DNA of 64,000 nucleotides from the human T2T-CHM13v2.0 reference genome, Homo sapiens: assembly GCF_009914755.1 (NCBI RefSeq), contig NC_060947.1, one strand, 5' to 3'. The notes below the pieces were generated by a model, which worked only from the letters and a program-made list of their open reading frames with translations, made no database searches and was not told the origin of the DNA. The translations under genes and the position numbers were made by a program. How positions within the stretch are numbered: the first letter of the stretch is position 1; each line of letters begins with the position of its first letter. Shown here piece by piece: positions 55,140 to 64,000 of this stretch.

Positions 55140-56840
55140 TCAGACCTGCCTTTCCTAGACATACTAAAAATCTCGGTATTCCTTTCTGACTTATCCCCGG
55201 CTAGTTGGTTAATAGGTGGTGTATATCAAGGTTTGATTTTTGGCACTCTTCTCTCTCACACTTCATTCTCTTCCAAAATAATGTAATTTATGCTTGAAGG
55301 CTTTTGTAATTACAAGCAAATTATCTCAATTTCAGGCCTCATCTTTAACGAATATTCAATTGACTAGTTAGTACCTCCTCTTGTAATTCCAAACTCATGA
55401 TGTAGAAAGTAAAACCCAAGATTCATGGTGACCAACATTGGAAGATTTCCAGTTCCTTTCTCATTATTCCTTTTCTGTTGAATGGCATGTCCATCCATTC
55501 GGTAATGCCAATCCAGAGCTTTGACAGTTTTTCTTGACACTTCCCTCTCTTTAAGTCCTAGTAATCTCATAAATTGTCAAGTTTTGGGAATTTCTACTCT
55601 TCTACATCTCTAGAATAAGGACATTAAGATTTGGAAATTTAACTTCTCCTAAGCCTTTTAAATCTGTCATCTTCCTCCTCCAAGCTACCATTCTCAGAGT
55701 CCTAGTTTATGTAGCATCCTAACTAAACCACTTGCTTATACTTTGTTTTTATTCTTAAAATGTTATGAAGTTAGAACCAGTGTGATTTAGCAATTGAATG
55801 TAGAGATAGGAAAAAGAGGAATCAAAGATGGTATCCAAGTTTTTATTTAGATGACTGGGTGGATAATGTTTTAAGTCATTGAGATAGAGAACACAGAAGG
55901 AGTATAAGTCTTTGTGATCTCAAAAGTAGCCTGTGTGTAGGTTGTGATGTAAAGACATAGGAGTGGATGAGATCTTCTAGAGAGTTTAATAAAAGAAGTT
56001 GAAGAAGAATGAAACTTGAAAAGTAGAATTATCATTTTTAGTAACATAGTACTCTAAATTTAAAAAAAACGAGCAAAAACAGTATTAGAAATATTAAGTG
56101 CTAAGTATTCTAGTGAGACAGATTCTTCAGGTGATGAATCTTTTGGTTAGATGACATACATAACTGCTTGTTTAATGTCTGCCTTTTCTACTAAGGTGGA
56201 CACCGTAGAGAATGGTGACATGATAAGGAAAAAAATTAAACAATGTGACTGCTTTTACTTAAACATCATAACTATTCATATCAAATGGACCTGACAATCC
56301 TACTGCGTTTACCTAATCAATTTTTTCTCACTTTCCTGGATGACATATCTCACCTGAAATATCTATTACTTCCTCCCACTTTCCTCATTTTCAGCTGATG
56401 ACATTAATTCTTATTTAACAAGAAAATTGAAGCAATCCGAAGAGAGTCACACAATAATCCTATCCTTTAGTCTATGAAATTACCTTTTTCCTGTCCCTAT
56501 TACAATTTTATCGTATTATTTTTGTATAAACTATCCCTGTATCTTCATAAGGACAATTATTTTATTATGCACTGGATTCCGCCCCTCTCACACTCACTTA
56601 TCCAAAGACTTTCTCTAAGTTTTTATTCCCTCTATCATCAATTGCTCGCACTATACTGCATCATTGCCAGCTGCCTACAAACATGTCATAATCCTTCCTA
56701 TCTTAATAAATTCTCTGGATTCTGTACTCTACTCCAGCTGCTACCACCACTTTTCTCTCCTCCCCTTTAAGGATAACATCCTTGAACAGATTATCTACAC
56801 ATGTACCCTTTACTTCCTCGCTTCTCATTCTGTCCTATAA
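55140..56840. mobile_element. Decayed L2 fragments in mixed orientation
   Basis: Pyrimidine-rich and purine-rich L2-like tracts (GGAATCAAAGATG..CCAAGTTTT..ACTGGGTGGAT; CAGCTGATGAC..TTCTTATTT). Confidence 0.5.
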
Positions 56841-56849
56841 ATATGTGGG

Positions 56850-57360
56850 AGATAATAAACACAGCATACAGAATATACAGAGATTATGCATATGTGAATT
56901 ATGATATATATAAAAAGTGAATAAAATATAGAGAAATAATTTAACAAATATTTATAAAGCAAAACTGTTACTACCATCCAGTTAAAAAATTAGAACGTTA
57001 CCAGTACCCCAGAACCACTCCTTTGTCTCCCAATATCTGGTTATTCCCACTCAAGACATCACATTCCTAGAGGTAACTTGTTACCATGAGCTTCATAACA
57101 ATAATTTATTTGCTGTATTTTATAGTTTTACCTCAAATCTCTACATCCCTAAATAAAATGGTTTGCCTTTGCTTGTTTATAAAACATGTATAAATGAAAA
57201 TTTACTGTATTCTTTTTTCTTCTTTAACATTGTCGTTGTATTTAATAAAACTCATCTGTGACAAAGTTCATGTTCATTGATGAATAGTATGTAATTGTAT
57301 AAATACACAGAAATTAATTTATCCTTTTTTATTGGTGGACATAAAGATGTTTATATATTT
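56850..57360 (-). mobile_element. L1ME-like 3' end fragment
   Basis: TTAGAACGTTACCAGTACCCCAGAA..AGAGGTAAC..ATAAATGAAA..TACTGTAT. Confidence 0.55.
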
Positions 57361-57452
57361 TGGGTTACCTATGTAACAAACCTGCACATTCTGCACATGT
57401 ATCCCAGAACTTAAAGTAAAAATTTTTAAAAAAAGAAGAGAAAAAGAAAAAA
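57361..57452 (+). mobile_element. Very short L1PA 3' terminus with A-rich tail
   Basis: TACCTATGTAACAAACCTGCACATTCTGCACATGTATCCCAGAACTTAAAGTAAA. Confidence 0.85.
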
Positions 57453-57454
57453 AA

Positions 57455-60400
57455 TTATACATATATGTAATATATCTCACATTTTCTTTATCCACTTGAT
57501 TGACGGGCATTTGGGATGGTTCAACATCTTTGCAATTGCAAATTGTACTGTTATAAACATGTGTGTGCAAGTATCTTTTATGTATAATGATTTATTTTCC
57601 TCTGGGTAGATACCTAGTAGTAGGATTGCTGGATCAAACAGTAGACCTACTTTTAGTTCTTTCAGGAATCTCCACACTGTTTTCCATAATAGTTGTAGTC
57701 ATTTACATTCCCACCAACAGTGTAAAAGTGTTCCACTTTCACTGCATCTATACCAACATCTATTTTTTTTTATTTTGTTTTTATTATGGCCATTCTTGAA
57801 GGAGTGAGATGGTATCTCATTGTGATTTTGATTTGCATTTTCCTGATAATTAGAGATGTTCAGCACTTTTTCACATACTTGTTGGCCATTTGTATATCTC
57901 GTTTTGAGAATTGTCTATTCATGTCCTTAGCCCACTTTTTGATGGGATTGTTTTTTTTTCTTTTGTTGCATTTGCTTTTGGATTCTTGGTCACGAAATCT
58001 TTGTCTAAGCCAACGTCTAAAGGAGTTTTTTGATGATATCTTCCAGAGTCTTTATGGTTTCAAGTCTTAGATTTAAGTCTTTGATCCATCTTGAGTTCAT
58101 TTTTGTATAGGGTGAGAGATGAGGATCCAGCTTTACTCTTCCACATGTAGCTTGGCAGTTATAACAGCACCATTTGTTGAATAGAGTGTCCTTTTTCCAC
58201 TTAATGTTTTTGTTTGCTTTGTTGAAAATCAGTTGGCTGTAAGTACTTGGTTTTATTTCTGGGTTATCTATTCTATTCCATTGGTCTATGTGCCTATTTT
58301 GATACCAATACCATGCTGTTTTTGTGACTATGGCCATATAGTATAGTTTGAAGATGGGTAATGTGATGCCTCCAGATTTGTTCCTTTTCCTTATTAGCCT
58401 TGCTTTGGCTATGTGGGCTCTTTTTTTATTCCATGTGAATTTTAGGACTGATTTTTCTAGTTCTGTGATAAGTGATGGTGGTAGTTTGATGAGGTTTGCA
58501 TTGAATTTGTAGATTGCTTTCGGCAGCATGGTCATTTTCACGATATTGATTCTATCCATCCATGAGCATGGGATGTGTTTCCATTTGTTAGTGTCATCTA
58601 TGATTTCTTTCCGCAGTGTTCTGTAGTTTCCCTTGTAGAGGTCTTTCACACCCTTTGCCACGTATATTTTAAAATATTTTATTATTCTTTTGCAGCTATT
58701 GTGAAAGGGGTTGAGTTTTTTATTTGAGTCTCAGCTTGGTAGCTGTTAGTGTATAGCAGAGCTACTGATTTGTGTACATTAATTTTGTATCTGAAAATTT
58801 TACTGAACTCATTTACCGGTTCTAGGAGTGTTTTGAATGAATCTTTAGGGCTTTCTTGATATATGATCATATCATCAGCAAACAGTGACAGTTTGACTTG
58901 CTCATTACCGATTTGGATGCCCTTTATCTCTTTCTCTTGTCTGATTGCTCTGGCTAGGACTTCCAGCACTATATTGAATAGAAGTGGTGAAAGTGGGCAT
59001 AGTTTTCTTGTTTCCGTTCTCAGGGGGAATTATTTCAGCTATTCCCCATTCAGTATAATGTTGGCTATGGGTTTGTCGCAGATGGCTTTTATTACCTTAA
59101 CATGTGTCCCTTCTATGCCTATTTTGCTGAGGGTTTTGATCATAAAGCGTTGCTGAATTTTGTCGAATTCTTTTTCTCTGTCTACTAAGATGATCATGTG
59201 ATTTTTGTTTTTAATTCTGTTTATGTGGCATATTACATTTATTGGCTTACATATGTTAAACCATCCCCGCATCCCTGGTATGAAACTCACTTGATCATGG
59301 TGGATTATCTTTTTGATGTTGGATTTGGTTCACTACTATTTTATTGAGGATTTTTGCATCTATGTTCATCAGGCATATTGGTCTGTAGTTTACTTGTTAT
59401 GGGCCTTCCCGGTTTTAGTATTAGGGTGATACTAACTTCATAGAATAATTTGGGGAAGATTCCCTCTTTCTCTATCTTTTGGAGTAGTGTTAATAGAATT
59501 GGTACCAATTCTTTGAATGTCTGATAGAATTCAGCTGTGAATCCATCTGGTCCTTAATTTTTTTTGTTGGCATGTTTTTTAATTATCATTTCAATCTCGC
59601 TTCTTGTTATTTGTGTGTTCAGAGATTCTGTATCTTCCTGGTTTAATCCAGGAGGGTTGTATATTTTCAGGAATTTATTCATCTCCTTTAGGTTTTCTAG
59701 TTTATGTGCATAAAGGTGTTCATACTAGCCTCGAACCATCCTTTGTATTTCTGTGGTATCGGTTGTGATATCTCCCGTTTCGTTTCTATTTGAGCTTATT
59801 TGGATCTTCTCTCTTCTCTTGGTTAATCTTGTTAATGGTCTATCAATTTTATTTATCTTTTCAAAGAATCAGTTTTTTGTTTCAGTTATCTTTTGCATTA
59901 TTTTTGTTGCTGTTGTTTCAATTTCATGTAGTTCCACTCTAATCTTCATTATTTTTTTACTTCTGCTGTGTTTGGGTTTGGAATGTTCTTGTTTCTCCAG
60001 TTCCGTGAGGTGTGACCATAGATTGTCTATTTGTGGTCTTTCAGACTTTTTGATGTAGGACATTTAATGCTATGAGCTTTCCTCTTAGCACCACTTTTTC
60101 TGTACCCCAGAGGTTTTGATAGGTTTTGTCACTATTATCATTCAGTTCAAATAATTTTTTTAAATTTCCATCTTGATTTTATTCTTGACCTAATGATTGT
60201 TCGGGAGCAGGTTATTTAATTTCCATGTATTTGCATGGTTTTGAGGGTTCCTTTTGAAGTTGATTTCCAATTTTATTCCACTGTAGTCTGAGGGAGTACT
60301 TCAAATAGTTTTGCTTTTCTTAAATTTACTGAGATTTGTTTTGTGGCCCATCTATAGTCTGTCTTAGAGAATGTTCCATGTGCTGATGAATAGAATGTAT

Positions 60401-62900
60401 ATTCTGCAGTTGTTCATAGAGCAGTCTGTAAATATCTGTTAAGTCCATTTGTTTTAGGGTATAATTTAAGTGTTTCTTTGTTGACTGTCTGTTTTGATGT
60501 CTTGTCTAGTTTTAGGGTATGGTTTAAATGTTTATTTGCTGACTTTCTGTTTTAATGACCTGTCAGTGGAGTGTTAAAGTCCCTCACTACTGTTCTGTTT
60601 CATCTATCACCTTTTTCAGGTCTAGAAGTAATTGTTTTATAAATTTGGGAGCTCCAGAGTTAGGTGCATATATATTTAGGATTGTGATATTTTCCTGTTG
60701 GACTATTCCTTTTATCATTATATAATGTCCCTGTTTGTTTTTTTAATTGCTGTTGCTTTAAAGTTTTGTGTGTCTACTATAAGAATAGCTACTCCTGCTT
60801 GATTTTGGTGTCCAATTTGCATGGAATATCTTTTTCCACCCCTTTACCTTAAGCTTATGTGACTCCTTATGTGTTGAGTCTCTGGAGGACATCAGGAACT
60901 TGGTTGGTCAATTCTTTTCTATTCTTCCATTCTTTATCTTTTAAGTGGCACATTTAGGCCATTTACATTTAATGTTAGTATTGAGATGTGAGGTACTATT
61001 CTATTCACTGTGCTATTTTTTGCCTGAATACCTCCTTTTTTCCATTGTGTTATTCTTATATAGGCCCTGTGAGATTTACTCTTTAAAGAGGTTCTAATTT
61101 GGGGTATTTTGAGGATTTGTTTCAAGATACAAAATTTTTTGTTGATCATTGTTTTGTTTAAGGAGGTTAAAAATAGGACTCTAATTCTTTCTAGCTTCTA
61201 GGGTTTCTGCTGAGAAATCTGCTGTTAATCTGATAGATTTTCCTGTATAGGTGACCTGATGCTTTTGCCTCACAACTCTTCAGATTTCTTTTTTTGTCTT
61301 GACTTTAAGTAACTTGATGACTGTGTGCCTAAGTGATAATTTTTTTCTGCAATGAATTTTTCAGGTGTTATTTGAGTTTTTTGTATTTGGATGTCTAGAT
61401 ATCCAGCAAGGATGGGGAAGTTTTCACCAATTATTCCCTCAAATATGTTTTCCAAACTTTGAGATTTTTCTTATTTCTTGGGAACATCAATTATTCTTAG
61501 GTTTGGAGGTTTAACATAGTCCCAAACTTCTTGGAGGGTTTGCTCATTTTTACAAAATTATTTTGTCTTCATCTTTGATAGATTGGGTTAATTCAAAAGC
61601 CTTGTCTTCAAGCTCTGAATTTCTTTCTCTGCTTGTTCAATTCTATTACTGAGACTTTCCACTGCATTTTGCATTTCTCTAAGTGTGTCTCTGATTTCCA
61701 GAAGCTGCGATTGTTTTTTATCTATCCTTTGTATTTCACTGAAGAATTTTCCTTTTATAGCCTGTATCATGTTTTTGATTTATTTAAGTTGGACCTCACA
61801 TTTCTCTGGTGCCTTCTTGATTAGCTTAATAATTGACCATCTGAATTATTTTTCTGACAATTCATACATTTCATCTTGGTTTGGATCCATTGCAGGTGAG
61901 CTTGTATAATCTTTTGGGAGTTTTTAAAAACGTCATTTTGTCAAATTACCAGAATTGTTTCTTTGGTTTCTTCTTATTTGGGTAGACTATGTCAGAGGGA
62001 AGATCTGGGGTTCAACGGCTGTTGTTCAGATTACTTATGAAATCAAGCTCCCTTGATGTGGTGTTCTTCCCCTTCCCCTAGGAATGGAGCTTCCTGAGAG
62101 TCGAACTGCAGTGATTGTTTTTGCTCTTCTGGATCTAGCCACCCAGTGGAGCTACCGAGCTCTGGGCTGGTACTGGGGACTGTCTGCAAAGAGTCCTGTG
62201 ATGTAAAGCATCTTCAGATCTTGCAGCCATGAATAGCAGCAACTGCTCTCGTGGAGGTAGCAGGGGAGTGTGGTGGACTCTGTGAGGGTCTTTGGTTGTG
62301 TTTTTGTTGGTTTTGTACTGGTTGGCCTCCAGCCAGGAGTTGGTACTTTCAAGAGTGCATCAGCTGAGGTCTTACAGGGAAGATGCAAACTTGTTCTAGG
62401 CACATATGGTTACGTATTCAGGTTTTTCAGATGGTGGGCAGGGCCATAGAGCTCCCAAGAGATTATGACCTTTGTCTTTGGCTACTAGGGCAGGTAGAGA
62501 AAAACCACCAGATTGGGGAAGGATAGGCATGTCTGAGCTCAGCCTCTCCTCTGGCGGGGCTTGCTGTGGCTGCTGTGGGGGATGGGAGTGTGGTTGTAAG
62601 TTCATGGAGTTATATTCCCAAAGGGATTATGGCTGCCTCTGCTGAGTCATACAGGTTGCCAAGGAAGTGGGGGAAAGCTGTCAGTCCCAGGCCTCACCCT
62701 GATCCCATGCAGCCTACATGTCCTAAAGGCCAGTCTACTCCCACCATGTCGCCCCATCCCAAATAGCACTGAGTGTATTTCCAGGGGTGTGAACTTGCCC
62801 CAGACCACAAGCCTTCCCATTGAGAAAGCAAGCCGGCTCTTTTTCTGCATCTCAGGGAGCCTGTAGGGTTGATCCAGTTCCTTCAAAGGGTCTGAGGTTT
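57455..62900 (-). mobile_element. Large L1PB-like element (5'UTR part, ORF1, ORF2; 3'UTR missing; internal deletions)
   Basis: Antisense ORF2 peptides ([28 protein letters not shown]), ORF1 peptides (MENIFEGIIGENFP) and GC-richer UTR at 62000-62900. Confidence 0.88.
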
Positions 62901-64000
62901 CACTCAGCAGATATTTCTCATAATTCTATTATTCCAAAGGAAATTGACTAGTAAAGGCAAATGTTACCCCTACTCTATTATAATATGATACTTACTCTTT
63001 ATATACTGAAGAAAGAATTGGTGTTGATAACTGACTTTCTTAAGAAAATATCAGAGTATATAATCCATGTTAATAAAGCTTATATTACAGAAGTGAGCAT
63101 CCTTGTTAGGAGAATTAAATACAGACCAGACATATGTTAGAACCTGCATGTATCTTGATCAATCCACAATCAAATTGGCTGGGAAAACTAATTAAGAACC
63201 TAAAAGCAATAAGGTCTATAAAATAAAAAATTAAAGTACTTAATGGACATTTAGAACATTTTATATTAAAATACTCTGAAAGTTAATTACTTTTATTCTT
63301 TTATTTTTTACAGTCAAGTATGCAGCCAAGAGAGTGAGCTGACTTATTTAAGTTTGCATACCTATTTTTCCAACAGAATTGGGACTAGAACATTAATTTC
63401 TTAGACAGTGATTTTTTTATCACAAAAACTCACCATGTCAATTGGATTTTAAAATAGTATTGAAATAAGAGTCTTACTTTAAAATATCTTTTAAAAATCT
63501 TTCAATTAATTTAAGACTCAAGATAAGTGCCTTCTTATTTTCCTCCCCTCTGTCCTCCTCCTCCTCAGAAGAATAACTTGTTTTGTAACTGACTGGCCTT
63601 GAATTCAGTAAACCGTTGCATAAATATTTTAAGTATATTTCTAAGTATCCAGAATTAAATGAATGTATAACTGCCCTATAATAATTCAAATACAATATAT
63701 TAAAATTAAAACATTGCTATAAACCATCAACTACAGCTCTCTCTATTTATATAACACATTTACAATGTTATTATGTTTACCTCCTTGAAAATCTACCTCT
63801 CCTCTCCTTGTAAAATTTTAGTGTGTGATTTGTTAACACCTCTCACTTATAGTGTAACCTCTTTGTGGATACAGTGTTAATTGCATTTTTTTGGATTAAC
63901 TTTGCATTTAGCTTAATTGGTTCTGCTTTAATATGAAGTGACACAGTTTGGATTCTGCTAACAATTTAAAGCTTTTCCAAAGGTTTAAAAGGTAGACATA

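Noticed and set aside
63474-63695. 73-aa ORF with an acidic run
   Set aside because: The acidic run derives from a short (CCT)n tract; no other coding evidence.

Overview
Human (primate) gene-poor, repeat-dominated genomic DNA. No intact cellular gene, RNA gene or CRISPR array is visible. Main content: (1) a full-length human-specific L1 (pre-Ta, ACG-type; 1796-7832) with single nonsense mutations in ORF1 and ORF2 but an intact antisense ORF0, inserted in an MST MaLR provirus; inside the same 12-bp TSD it carries an unusual 183-bp 5' cassette made of L1 3'-end pieces (one inverted, one direct); (2) a THE1 fragment, several older L1PA/L1PB/L1M elements, six Alus (two without tail/TSD), and MLT1/MIR/L2 relics; (3) a 5'-truncated processed pseudogene of PNPLA8 (iPLA2-gamma) joined behind an L1 5'UTR fragment; (4) a defective ERV9/LTR12 provirus (5'LTR-PBS-gag-pro-pol-partial env) whose 3' end is replaced by an L1PA 3' fragment. 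I found no evidence for a new gene system; the most novel-looking signals are retrotransposition-mechanism scars. Subfamily calls rest on recalled consensus features, not a RepeatMasker run, and boundaries of old elements are approximate.
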